Assembly (NCBI RefSeq): GCF_006345805.1
Contig: NC_042998.1
Coordinates: forward strand, 72,974,001-73,038,000
Length of the DNA: 64,000 nucleotides
Source of the DNA: Octopus sinensis
Lineage: Eukaryota
Direction: 5' to 3'
Shown: piece after piece, positions 40,408-55,995 of the stretch
How the letters are laid out: each line of letters begins with the position of its first letter
Numbering within the stretch: the stretch's first letter is position 1
Position numbers and translations under genes: made by a program
The notes under the pieces: generated by a model
Told to the model about the DNA's origin: nothing
Databases searched by the model: none
What the model saw: only the letters and a program-made list of their open reading frames with translations

Positions 40408-40478
40408 TATATGTATATGTGTGTGTGTGTATATACATACACATATACACATATACATATAGATAGATAGATAGATAG

Positions 40479-40520
<42 letters not shown>

Positions 40521-41191
40521 AGAGATAGACGGGCAGATAGATAGATAGAAATATACTGTAACTGGCTTTGACAACTGAAAATCAAGAGTTTCAATCATGC
40601 ATATTAAATTTAACACCTATAATTGCCATATAGACATAATTTTCATTTTATGTGACATATTACATAACTAATTACGTGAATATTTACTGTTTTCAGCACC
40701 TTACGCAAAGGATGTCGCTTGAATTATAGATTGTTATGTTGTGAGGTAGCTTCAAATTCGAAACATTATTTATTTAAAAGCATATCCAGAACGAATGCAA
40801 ACAAATAAACTATCAAAATAGTTTGTTAGATTGCAGAGAAAAAATTTAGAAATTCAAATTAGTAGGAGTTTTACAAGTGCGAGTACTTTATAAGTACGTG
40901 TCTTTGGGTAGCATATACGGCTGGAATGAAAAGATGGCATGGAATATAACGTTAACGATAAAGATATTTGAAACTCAAAATTCTATACTTATTGTGCGTA
41001 TATATATATATACATAGATACATATCACGTCACGTGACCGACCAAACGATCAGATGTTGCTACAAATCGCTAGTCACAATGCGTTCGCATTGTTTTTGCC
41101 TTCGAATGATGTCACCCCACTGGCTAAGTGAGCAGGCTAACATACATTCATACATACATACATAGATACATACATACATATATATATATAC

Positions 41192-41226
<35 letters not shown>

Positions 41227-41372
41227 TAAATTATAAATAGCATTGAAAGTGATTTCGAAGTTCCGACCGTGTTTGTGTATATATGTGTGCGTGTGTGTGC
41301 ACAAATATATCAATATAGATAATAGAAAACTTACACACACAAACGCACACCTCTATGTGTGTGTGTGTCTGT

Positions 41373-43160
<1,788 letters not shown>

Positions 43161-43189
43161 ATATATATAAAACATATTATATATATAAA

Positions 43190-43394
43190 AAGTTAATCCA
43201 AACAAGAAAGCACAAAAAAAACACAACAACGCGAGGACGTGGAACAAATATACTATTATTGGACGCTCAGGAAAGAAGGAAAGAAGGAGGGCTTAATGTC
43301 TCGAGCGGAGCTCTTCGTCGAAAACATAGGAGAAGGAACGATCCAGAGAAGGGAAGACAGGGGAAAAAATCGCCAACGGTACACACGAGGTCAC
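43190..43394 (-). mobile_element. Solo PLE terminal-repeat-like module with decayed hammerhead
   Basis: Minus strand TTCGACGA-A-GAGC TCC GCTC-GAGAC; same architecture as 59241-59453; (TA)n on both sides. Confidence 0.65.
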
Positions 43395-43595
43395 ATATAT
43401 ATATATATATACAGACACGCACACACACACACACATAGAGGTGTGTGTTTGTGTGTGTTAATTTTCTATTATCTATATGTACGTATATATATATATTTGT
43501 GTGCACACCCGCACACATATATACACAAACACGATCGAAACTTCGAAATTACTTTCAATGCTATTTAGATAGATAGATAGATAGATAGATAGATC

Positions 43596-43676
<81 letters not shown>

Positions 43677-44894
43677 TGATTTATTTTGGGTATTTACTTT
43701 AAGCTCATCCAAGGTCCAGAGAACCGGACAGATTCTAATACTAAGATTGTTTATTATAAAAGAAAAAACGCATTTATCTAAGATTTTACAATTATGACCA
43801 AGGATTATGGAGTGATTAAGTCATTTTAATTTATCTAAAGTCAATCTAATAAGCATTATTATATTGATATATATATAAGCTGTCATAAATACACATAATA
43901 ATCGATTCTTCAGAATTATGCATATAATTTATTTGCTATGAAAACTTTATTTAATGATAATATATACCTAGATTAAGTCGGCCATGTTTAACATCAAGAT
44001 ATTATCATCAGAAATCCATCATTGATCTCGATCGCAGAAAAATAAATAAATAAAGCCAAATGTTTACAAAAGAATGCATCATGTTTAATACAGTTACATA
44101 TTCCCAACGAAGGAAAATAAAAACCAATTTGAGTTGAGAAGTCGAGAAGGACAAAAAGACAAAATTTTTTTTTTAAAGTTAAAAAATTTTTGATCCAGTT
44201 TCATCAACAAATTTTGTCTTCAATTCTGTCTTCAATTCTGCCACACCGGCTGTCGGACATAAACTGGCAAAATAGTGTTTGGTGGAATTTTCCACAAAAT
44301 TTAAGTGTCACGTATACACATACACCCGCGGGTATGACAGAAATTGTAATTTTTGTAATTATTGCTTAGAAGAGGTGTTGTGCGTCTTAGCAAAAGCAAC
44401 TCCTGATTATTAGGCGCTCTTTATGAGATGTAATTATAAAATAGAGTTAAGTTCCAGGAAATATAAGACAAGATATTGCTTAGAGAATTTACAATTCTTA
44501 ATATTACCGCCCAAAACCAAATTCATATATGGACCTCAGTATTTTTTATATAATCTTTGAGAGCAATTTTCTGAATAATAAGATCTTTTAAAATTTGGTA
44601 CATTTTTTGTGTCTGTCTGTATATCAGTTTGTATAAAACTATCTATTTATGACGAAAGTGTGTTAATAATCGCAGGTATAACATTATAAATAGTTTAATC
44701 CAAGAGATATAAATACATTGGTAACAATTAGGAGTGAAAGTAGAAATAAAATCAAGTATTGAACTGTTGAAACTTAGCTATAACGTAGCTCAAATTAATA
44801 CGGGAAATAAAACAAAACTATAGATGATTACGTAATAGAAGCGTGTCTGGTTTAACTTTCTTTTCGATTAATCTTGACAGCCAACACTGCAGCA

Positions 44895-45020
44895 GAGCTT
44901 TTCAAAATTTGGACAAGCATTTTCCTACATATAACCCGTGCCGGAAGATATTTAACACTCTGTAAATCTTGATTACTCCACAATAGCTAATATTGCCCAA
45001 TGCATTGCTAAATCGAACAA
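44895..45020 (+). pseudogene. Short PLE ORF fragment
   Basis: DKHFPTYNPCRKIFN-TL..YST..NIAQCIAK parallels SKHFKQGHKFYRIFNRRTLKVSYSC..NFASYISQHN in the 53398 ORF. Confidence 0.55.
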
Positions 45021-45419
45021 TTATGCAGTCTCTCTTCTGATCATATAATACGTTCAGTTAACAGTCTAAATAATAGCATAAATCCATTGATTTTTAACTA
45101 TCAGGAAAATATTAATATTACACTATATAGCAACCGTACCATATCAACTCGACTTAATAGAATCAGCTATTTTAGAAAGTGCTGCTTTTGTTTACTTGCT
45201 GGATATTGCCTAAGTTAGACTGCTGTGCATAAATGCTTCGCACGTACACTTCTGAATGTTTGTGTATATATTAGTGCTACCTCAAATAATTTTAGATGCA
45301 CAATAATGTAATTACACTTGCAGAGTAAAACTATCGCTTACAAATAAAAATATTGTGTAGGAAATTGCCTGGTCTATTATATGCAAAGCAAATTTGCATA
45401 TATAACTTGTATACTCTTT

Positions 45420-45665
45420 ACTCTTTTACTTGTTTCAGTCATTTAACTGTCGCTATGCTGGAGCACCTCCTTTAGTCGAGCAAATCGACACCAGGACTTA
45501 TTATTTGTAATAGTAGAACTTATTCTATCGGTCCCTTTTGCCCAACTGCTAAGTTACGGGGACGTGAACACACCAGCATCGGTTGTCAAGAGTAGTTGGG
45601 TGGGACAAATACAAACACACAAACATACATACACACACACACACTCACGCACACACACACACTCA

Positions 45666-45760
<95 letters not shown>

Positions 45761-45925
45761 CATATATATACACTACGGGCTTCTTTCAGTTTCTGTTTAC
45801 CAAATCCACTCACAAGGCCTTGGTCGGCCCGAGGCTATATTAGAATACACTTGCCCAAGGTGCCACGCACTGGGACTGAACCCGGAACCATGTGGTTTGT
45901 ATGCAAGCTACTTACTACACAGGCA
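45420..45925 (-). mobile_element. CORE-type SINE copy with expanded internal (CA)n(TA)n
   Basis: Same blocks as 1330-1833. Confidence 0.85.
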
Positions 45926-46984
45926 ATCCTACGTTTGTATCAGAAACATATGAAATAATGTGTAGATGAAATCTTATTAGCTAAGTAGACGACGAATAAT
46001 TATAATTTTTATTTTATACATACTTCTACCTTGATTAATTTATTTAGTCCCAGTTCAGACTCGGTTGATTTAGATTGGCAATTTAGCACTACCACATAGA
46101 GATAGTAATGATATGTATAATTAGTGTAAATCATTGATCTATGAGTTAATTAGCTGCAAATATTTTCCAATTAATCAGTTTTACGTTGTCCGCAAATGTA
46201 CAACTAGTCTTACATATATTATGCTAATAAGAACGCTATTAGCACAAAACTTAGTGTACTAAACATGCAACCAGTTCACTTTCAATATGTTACCCTCTTA
46301 TTTTCTTGATTTACATTTCCCTTTCATTAGAGATTTTATTATATTTGAACCCTCACTTATCGTTTCCATTTACATATATAATATTAAAAACTGTAAAATA
46401 TATCCTAATTTTTAGAACTGATTGGGCATAGTTTAATAGAGTACACATCGATATGAGTATGTGCTTGAATATTGTCTGTGTATGTAAGTGTGTGAATATA
46501 TGTGAAAGTATATATTCGCAAACTGCTATAAACTGTTTTGGCCACACCGAATTAGTGAGTGCGTGAGAGAGCTTGTGCATATGAATGTACGTGTATGAAT
46601 ATTTCTGAGAAAATGTATGTGAGGTGTATGTGTGTGTGTGTGTGTGTGTTGCAACCATCACCATTGAGCTTAGAATGATCTATCCTTCCCTTTAAATCAG
46701 TAGCGTCCAAAATTCTAATATTTTAGGTCCCCTTACAAATTATCGAAGTATCTGTACTAAAACAGATATCGTTGTCATTAAGAAACTGAGCTTCCTAACG
46801 TCATATCCTGTTTCAAACCCCTATTCATTTTCCTCCATACATTTTATTATATATATATATATATATACATGTGTGTATGTGTGTGTGTGTGTGTGTGTGT
46901 TTGTGTGTGTTTGTGTGTGCGTGTGTGTGTGTTTGTGTGTGTGTGTGTGTCTGTGTGTGTTTGTGTGTGTGTGTTTGTGTGTAC

Positions 46985-47050
<66 letters not shown>

Positions 47051-47689
47051 ATTTGTTTACTTATGTGTTCTATTTGCTTTAATTTTCAATTTTTTTCGTT
47101 TGCTTCATTCTTAGTCAACAAAATATTTAGGAAGTAAATTCAATTTTTTCTACTTTAAAATTTTTATTATTTTTTTATCTTATTATATTTCTACTGAATT
47201 TGCATTTATCTATACATCTTCGATTTCTAAGTGCGCTCCATATATGGTAACTCTACTATTTGTGAAGAGGGAAGTCAATTGTATGTGACTACATTATAAA
47301 ACTATTTGATATTTTATAGCAGAGTCTGCTGTTCTGACTTGCCGTAACAGTCGTTATGTTACAGCATAATCATAGACATGGGTATGTGTGTGTATGTGTG
47401 TGTGGTGTTTGTGTGTTTGTGTGTGCGTGTATGTGTTTGCACGTGTGACTGAGTGTGCATGTGTGTTAGTGTGTTTATATATGTGCAACAAACGTAGATT
47501 ACCTAACAAACGTAGATTACCAAACAGCTATCAAGAACTAGAAAAAAAACTATTCTTTCATTTCGCTCTCATTTGATCAATTCTATACACACTCACTCCT
47601 ACACTGGTGCTTATCTAGAATATATATACAAACACACATATATATACTAAAAAGAATTAACAAATTGTCAGAGATTTAGATATAGATGA

Positions 47690-50135
47690 TAGAACCGAAC
47701 ACTACATCCCTCGAAAACCCCGGATTTTGCTTAAGAAGCATAAACCTAACTTATTTATTGATCCCTCAGATTGATTTGTCCTTCTAAATTCGATATAGGC
47801 ATTATTAGTAAAAACAATCATTGATAGGTTAATACCCGTTCTTAAGTCTAAAATCAGATTAGCCCTCTGGTCTGATAACCAAGAGGTGGCTGGCTGGTTG
47901 AAACTTCTAGAAATTTGTAAGACTAGTAAAATCTTGCAACTAGATAAAGAGAGTTACCATGCTACTATCAATCCGATTGTTCTTAATCAAGCCCTGATTT
48001 TTAGCATGAAAAATTCCGATTTGTCCCGACGCGAAATAGATATTATACTTGGCACGCAAGCCATTCTAACAGATTTTGATGGTCATTATGTAGTAGATTA
48101 GATATTGAAAAGGCATTTGAAATAGAAATGGTTTCACATGATTCTGCTCAGGCCAGTGGCATAGTCAGAATATATACCCTTTCTTTAATTCAGTCTTCCT
48201 TTCCGGAAATAACAGGAGGTCTATATTGGGATGACGCCTTATTTTTTCTAGACAGAAATAGTATAGTTAGAAAGGCATAGGAACGATTTCTTTAGACTTT
48301 TCAGAAAATTAGGACTACACGTTCCTATAGGTAAAGATTATCGTAGAGTGAATTTTTTTGACGCTACATTCTGTCTTGATTCTGGATTATTTGAACCATT
48401 TCATAAGCCAAATGATCATATTAAGTACATCAACGTAGCATCCAACCATCCACCCTCGATTATACGAGGACCAGCTAAGAATATTTCAAAAAAATCTCTA
48501 GATTATATGCTTGTAATAAAAATTTCAAATCTCATGCATCTTATTATAATGATGCTCTAGCTAGGGCTGGGTATAGTGAAAAAATTCAGTATATACAAGA
48601 AGTAGGCATAAGCAACACTGATAATTCCTAGAATTGCGATGCACATCGTATACCACCATAACGTTACCGTATAAGAATACAGGACAGAAAGAATGGGTCG
48701 TATCAATGAACTACGAACGAAAACTCATAGACACAGGTGATATAATAATTCAACTGCTTGTTCCAATCCTGTACAACAAACTCGATCAAATAAGCCTAAA
48801 ACAGATATAGGAATCGGGATGTCCTCTGGTTCAACCCAATTTTCGGTTTGCATGTTTCAACAAGATCGCTAGAAAATTTTTTGATGTTTTGGACAAGCAT
48901 CTAATCGGTACCATGCTATTTTAAATCGACACGCCCTAAGGTATCCTACGCCAACTCTGCTAATTTAGAGTAGCTTATGCATCGCATAAACAATAGCAAA
49001 ATGTGGTAAAAGTTCAATAACCCACCTATTGAATCTAGCGAATCTAGCATCTAAATACCAATGAAGGAGATGTAAACCGCATTGATAAACACCAACAACG
49101 ACCAATTTGCAGTAGTAGAAATACTCACGGTGCAGCTAGCACGGTAACAACGCTGGTTAATGGAGTCAGGACTGCTTTATATACAAATAAATACGATAAA
49201 TGCTCATGCAGAGATAAATCAAAATGACCTTTTATGAATCTCTTTATGAGTACAAATCTTGTATATAAATATACCGTTCACAAAGGAATGTCCTTATGTT
49301 TACATTGGGCAGACGACCGATTCATTCAAAAATCGTTATCGTAACTATGTTGCCAGCTTTAAGACAATCAATAAGAAACATTGAACATATTTGACAGATT
49401 TTCTATGCCGACTGAAGAAAGATAAAAGTACGGCATTAATAGTAAGGGATGCAAAACCATACAATACAATTGCCAGGCGATACCATCTCTGCTCCAAGGA
49501 GTCCCTGTCTATTCTGTAGACTAGCGAGAAGATAACAGAATTTCTGAACGTCTCAAAGATACCTACACCCAATTTAACTGGATTTTGAATAACCGTTAAC
49601 ATAATTTAATTTACTTTAAGGTATAGATGACTTGAGTTTACCTTTAACCGCCTCATTCTTATAAACACCAAGTAAATAGCTAACTCGCTTTGTGACCAAA
49701 CCTGACGTGTGCTTAATCTCACATTTTTGCGGATGCTTGTGTGAGCGAGTTTACTCGCGCAATGAAGCTTGCTCGAGGCAGTTTATGCATCCATATATGT
49801 TAACGGCTATTTTCACTACTTTTCACGCTGAATTGCGTGTTCGTTTCTCTTTTTGTCATCTGCGATTTTATTTTTGATCTTCTAGATAAATGAAAATATT
49901 CCCTCCGTCTGGCTGTTTTTCTCTCTGCAAAACGGAAAGTTACATTGCGGAAGTCATTTTAACGAGTCGTATATATTTATCTCCTGACGAGATACCTCTG
50001 CACTACCGGATACTCCTGAACCAGTTGTTGAGTGTCCCACGCAAAAGGATTCGATGCTAGATGTGTCAAACCAATTGTCATGATGAATAATAAATTCTCA
50101 TATATTCCATCTTCTGTCTTTCATTTGTTATAAAT
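47690..50135 (+). mobile_element. Decayed Penelope-like element (RT, GIY-YIG, 3' UTR ending in (TA)n)
   Basis: NFFDATFCLDSGLFEPFHKPNDHIKYINVASNHPP (48348), VLWFNP (48820), YVYIGQTTDSFKNRYRNYVASFK (49280), AKPYN..LCSKE. Confidence 0.8.
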
Positions 50136-50171
50136 TTATATATATATGTATATATATATATATATATGTGC

Positions 50172-50269
<98 letters not shown>

Positions 50270-50846
50270 ATATTTACATATGTACATATGATCCATGTAT
50301 ATATGTATATATGTAAGTATATAAGCATGTATGTATGTGTGCATTCAAAAACACAATTCAAGCAAGGCGAACTGCATTGTTTTCCAGATAATAAATTTTT
50401 GGAAGTGTGTTAGGATATTATTCAAATTACTGATTCAGTAACTATGGTAATTCACGAAATATTTTAGATGATAAATAAGTCAGTAATTTGGGGTTTGTTT
50501 GATGGATAAAGGGTTCACGCGATGAGGATGGATATTTTTAATGGATAGAAATGTTCATCAGTTTGGTTTCAGCCGGTTCGATGAATTGGTAATTGAGCAT
50601 AGAATGACAAACCATAGGATTGATGGATGTTATAAGGAAATTGTAAGTCAATTTATTCAAAGAACTAATGTTGCAGAACACATTAGATATTATTCTAAAC
50701 CTAATTAATTTTTTATGCATAATTCTAGATTTACGTGCTGGTAAATATTTTCCTTAACGTAAACCTAATGAAGTATTGCATAGAAATGACAAAGATATCC
50801 GACATCATAAATTTTATTGATAAAGATGAAACTGAAGACACGAAAA

Positions 50847-50904
<58 letters not shown>

Positions 50905-50926
50905 CTTATCTATCTATCTATCTATC

Positions 50927-50958
<32 letters not shown>

Positions 50959-51022
50959 TTATCTATCTATTTATTTATCTACTTATCTATCTATCTATCT
51001 ATCTATTTATATATATCATTCA

Positions 51023-51060
<38 letters not shown>

Positions 51061-51071
51061 GTATATATATC

Positions 51072-51106
<35 letters not shown>

Positions 51107-51113
51107 TATATAC

Positions 51114-51145
<32 letters not shown>

Positions 51146-51153
51146 CATATATA

Positions 51154-51968
51154 GTTGAATTTACAGAAAAACAAAAGACGAAGACAAGTGTATAAACAAC
51201 AAACAGGTGTATTAGTTTAACACTCGGGAAGGTGAGAAAGTCTTCGCATTTCAAGCCTACGCTCTTCAATAGAAAGGTACACGAGCAAATGAACAGAGAA
51301 TAAAATATATCTTTTGGAGCTGGTGACTTGACATGTAGATGCGCATGTGTGTGTCTGTAATGTGTGGATGCTGGTAAGTGGTCAGTGCTAGTGTGTACAG
51401 GGTGGTGTGATTTGGTGCGATAGTGTGTGGTGTTGTGAGGTAGTGTGCAGTGTGGTGTGACATGATGAGGTATGGTGGTGTTTGTGGTGATGTGTGGTGT
51501 AGTGTGGCGGTGTTAAGGTGTGGGGATGTCAGGATGTAGTGTGCGGATGTCAGGGTGGGGTGGGGGATGTCAGCATGGGGTGTTGGGGATGTCAGGGTCG
51601 GGTGTCGGTATGTCAGGGTCTGGTGTGTTGATGTCAGGGTGGGGTCTGGGGATGTTAGGGTGGGGGGTGGGAATATGTGTGTAGAGGTGGCGTATGTGGG
51701 TGAGGGGTTTGGATGTGTATGGGGTGCGGATGGAGAGGATAATGATGGAAGGGTGAAGGTAAGTAGGAGTGAAGAGAGGAAAAAAGGTGCCGGGGCAAGC
51801 GAGGAGAGGAGGTAAGTCAGATGAAGAGGAGAAGGGAGTTGACCCCATGTAGCGCAAAGGAGTGGAGAGAGAAGTTTAATTTCTGTTCACGGCGATGGCG
51901 TGAGTCCAGATGGCCCCTGAGTTGTAATAAATGACCGGTAGAGCAGAAATGGCGCGAAATCGGGATGT
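51154..51968 (-). mobile_element. 5'-truncated PLE of another subfamily (GIY-YIG C-terminus plus 3' UTR)
   Basis: IPISRHFCSTGH..SRHRREQKLNFSLHSFALHGVNSLLLFI* (51817-51965), a C/A-rich UTR with a 21 bp minisatellite, and a decayed hammerhead at 51241-51275. Both ends lie in (TA)n. Confidence 0.75.
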
Positions 51969-51969
51969 C

Positions 51970-52018
<49 letters not shown>

Positions 52019-52110
52019 TTTGTGTGTGTGCACGTGTTTGTGCGTGTGTGTGTATGCAATTCAAGAAGCTGTATATGTTGGTATATTCATCTATCTATTT
52101 GTCTATCTAA

Positions 52111-52146
<36 letters not shown>

Positions 52147-52250
52147 CCGGAGTAAACACATAAATGTGAAACAAGGTGGAAAAAAGAGTACTCAAATACC
52201 AGTGGTAGAGTAATATGCTTTATTTTAAGCAGCAGAAAATTCAACAAAAT

Positions 52251-52288
52251 CTGTTACCCTGAGTTTCTCGTTGACGTTCATCAGACAG
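52251..52288 (-). ncRNA. Minimal type I hammerhead, core intact but weak stem II
   Basis: CTGT-CTGATGA-ACGTCAACGA-GAAA-CTCAGGG-TA^ACAG. Stem I is 4 bp (extendable); stem II is closed by an A-A mismatch. Confidence 0.75.
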
Positions 52289-53397
52289 TTTTTGCTAGAA
52301 TGGAACCGATATATCAATTCAATCTAGACTCTTACAAATGCTACACCTTTAAAAAGAAATGGACTTGTTTGATTGGCCCTTTAGAAAAAACGGTCAATCT
52401 TCGAGCGATAAACAAAAAGGTCAAAAATATATGTATATATATATAAAAAACTTATAAAAATTATAAAATCCGAGGAAAAAACCTTACATTGAATAAAATA
52501 CATATTGACGTTAATGAAGAAAGTATAAATTAATGCATAGAAATTAAACCTGTTATAAATATTACACTGCAATACATATTTATATTAAAATGTACATATA
52601 TATATCAACATACACAAAAGGATGCGCGCAAACGCCATACATATACAGACGTATGAATATAAATCTAAATATACACATAAATGCATGTGTACATATATTC
52701 ACGCAAACCATCTCGCACGCAAGTTAAAAATCATCTATGTAGCGATTCTCATATACTGAGTAAGTGGGGGGGAACGAAACAAAGGAAGAGAGAGAAAAAG
52801 GAACGAAGGAGGGGTGGGGGAAAAAACGAAATAAGAAAAAATTATGTATACAAGCTGTGTAACGGCATTATTGGCATATAGGGAGACAAGTGTACAAACA
52901 CAAGTTCGAATGGATACATATACATACAGTCGTGTATATGTGTGCTTAAGCACAAACATACTCTCACTTACACATACACAGATACGCATGCTTACAAATA
53001 CATATCCTTGGCTATACACATACTTATATCAACATTCTAATTTTGACAACATTGCTTTATTTAAAAAAAACATTGCTTTCTTAAAAAAAAACATTGCTTT
53101 TTTTAAAAAAATGGGTGCATTAATAAAAATATATACGAAAGACATATAAAATAAAATATAACACCCTATTTTGGATCATTTATAAATAATCAAGGTAATA
53201 TAAATAATCAAGGTAATCCCATACAATACAATAACATGAAAACAAAGTCGAAGGTTTTTCCTAATGTATATGTAGAAACATAAGACTTTGCTATACGGAT
53301 TAAGATCCGCATAACTTGGAAACAAAATCCATCGTAGCGCTCATCGTTCAAGAGTCAAAATAAAAATTTCAAAAATCAAAAATACAAAATATATACT

Positions 53398-55440
53398 CTA
53401 TCCATATGGTATATTTATATTCGACATTTTAAATTTAGCCGCGTGCCTACATAAGTTCATTAGCTCACTTCTTTGAATCAAAGAATTATTGTCTTTGAAT
53501 AAGATGTACATTTTCTCTAATAGACAAAGTTTGCACTTGAAATTATTTTTGTATGCTCCATGCCTGTATGGTGCCGCCCTGTCCAGAATGTTCCATGTCA
53601 CGTTGAAAGGTGGGGCTTCCTTTTCTTTTAGTTCCCAGACATATTTTGCTAGGCTGGTCCTCTTCCTATTCTCTGGGTATTTAAATGAATTTTTATGAGA
53701 ATAAAATCTTATTTTAAATGAATTTTCTGAAGCCCCTGTGTATGTCTTGTATTCCGATGAGCCTTCCACTTGCACCTTGGCTCTATAAACTACTCCATTC
53801 ACTAGACATTTCCCTTCTAACGGACAGGAGCTTTCGTTTTTGAAATTGCATTTCTTAATGGGCTCGGCACCATGTCTAATCTCAATTAGCTTCCTATTAT
53901 GTTGGCTAATGTAAGAGGCGAAATTTCTGCAACAAGAATAGCTAACCTTCAGGGTTCTTCTATTAAATATCCTATAGAATTTATGACCCTGCTTAAAATG
54001 CTTAGAGACTAATCTCAAAAATTCCTTACCTATATTAGTCTTTACGGCCAAATTAAAAGCTGGGTTGAACCACAAAACTTTCCTGGTCCTAGTTCTTCGT
54101 GCAGCATTATTATCAGCATTAAGCTGGTTGAACTGGATCTTCTTAGAGAATCCACTATTCTTTAATGCGCTATCGTAATAAGGTGCAGCATTATGGAATG
54201 CTGCCTCGTCCCAAGAAATTGAAGATATTCTTCTACCTACATTGCTGACTAAGTTCCTAAGGATAACTGGTGGATGGTTCGAATCTTTGCTAATATACGA
54301 TAGCTTTTCATTGGGCTTACGGAAAGGTTTAAATCTATCCGATCTTACATTAAAATTTACGTCTAAAAAATCTACACTATTTAGGTTAGCATCTATCGTA
54401 ACCCGTAAGCCCATCCTTTGAAAGAAAGCTATGAGGTCCTTCCTAAGTCTATCTGATTCATGGCCGTTTAGATTATGCGTGGCTATAAGGCCGTCATCCC
54501 TATATAAACCTGCATCTATAAATGGGAATTCTATTTTTAGATTATGGAGAATAAAGGCTCCTATGAGCATACATAAATCAGCCCCATCGGTACATCGAAA
54601 AGAGAATCCTCAGTCTTCTTAATCCAGGTGGAATCCTCGAAAAAAAGAAGCGATTTCCTCGCATGCATAATAATATCAATTTCCGAGCTATCGATGTTGA
54701 CATACTGCTTGGCGAAGTCCAATGCCCTTAGGAGCAACGTCCTAGATATTGACGGGTAAAAGTCAATAATGTCAAATTGTGTGAAACTACAATTATTCTT
54801 ATAGCTAATACCTTTAAACCACTCTATGACTGACTTACTATTCTTCCAAATTCTCAAGTCTACTTCACTATCTAACTTAACTAAAATATGGTCTAAAATA
54901 TTTTTGATAATAATTCCTATCTCAGTTTTAGCCGGAATTATCAATCTACATTTGGGGTTTCTACTAAAATTGGCTTTATGGTCTTTCAGAGTAATAAAAG
55001 CTGGTCGTGGTGAAAGATATTCAATCCTATCGCTAATCTTAAGATCGTTAGCTATTCCTCTTGCTTCTAAGTTCACCTCTTTGTATATATTCGTGTTGTC
55101 TTTTTTGTATGTGTCTGTGACACTATTCGAAATCAGGCGCTTATAAACGTCCTTATCAAGTGCATATAAGTTCCTTGTCTTATCAGAATTAACGAAGATC
55201 TTATTCGAGTCGTTAATCTCCTTAATTTTTTCTCTCATATTTCTCTGTAATTGGTTGGTATATTTGCGGAATTTAATTTTCCTAATAAGCTCGAAAAGGT
55301 CTTTCTCGAAGGCTTCTAATTCCGGAATGGGTGGCGGGTTTCTGGGAGATTTAAATCCATATATGTTTCCTTCGATTTTCTGTTTATTATCAAAGAAGAA
55401 GGCTTTCCATCTCAATCTTCGAATAAACTCTTCCATTTTC
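53398..55440 (-). pseudogene. Penelope RT/GIY-YIG polyprotein split by one frameshift near 54570
   Basis: EFIRRLRWKAFF, KDHK..RLI, QFDIIDFYPSI, FDVPMG | GLYRDDGL, VDFLDV, SNHPP, LWFNP, CPLEGKC..GVVYRA, RFYSHKNSFK, CKLCLLEK, LCRH. Confidence 0.92.
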
Positions 55441-55479
55441 TCTCTATATATATTTCTCTCTCTGTGTATATATACGTAC

Positions 55480-55775
55480 ATGTCTTAAAGGTTAGGGTGT
55501 TTCACTCACGATTACGAGATTGTGGGTTCGATTCTCAGACCGGGCGTTGCGTTGTGTTCTTGAGCAAAGCACTTCATTTCACGTTGCTCATCCATCATTC
55601 CCTCATCTAACCTGTGGCATATTGTGCCCCTCTACAGGTAGGGAGAATTTGATGGAGGGGGTGCGCTTATGTGAACACAAACAACATTTGATCGCTATAA
55701 TCAAATCTATGTGGTTGTTCGGAAAGGAACTGCAGAGACTTCATACGTCGTCTAACGACGGGAGATTTCACGTAC
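55480..55775 (+). mobile_element. tRNA-derived SINE related to the 35774 family
   Basis: GGTTAGGGTG..GGGTTCGATTC..CTTGAGCAAAGCACTTCATTTCACGTTGCTC. Confidence 0.7.
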
Positions 55776-55811
55776 CTACACACACAGATATATATAACAA
55801 ATATATATATT

Positions 55812-55842
<31 letters not shown>

Positions 55843-55858
55843 GCGTGTATTTATATAT

Positions 55859-55907
<49 letters not shown>

Positions 55908-55914
55908 TGTATAT

Positions 55915-55995
<81 letters not shown>

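Larger units (their letters stand above)
52146..55445 (-). mobile_element. Near-complete Penelope-like retroelement
   Basis: RT + GIY-YIG ORF, ~1.2 kb T-rich 3' UTR, sense-strand hammerhead about 100 nt from the 3' end, terminates in (TA)n. Confidence 0.92.

Noticed and set aside
50573-50642. Exon-like TTTCAG|RFDELVIEHRMTNHRIDGCYKEI|GTAAGT
   Set aside because: Good splice signals but no recognisable homology or linked exon; it lies between TE remnants.
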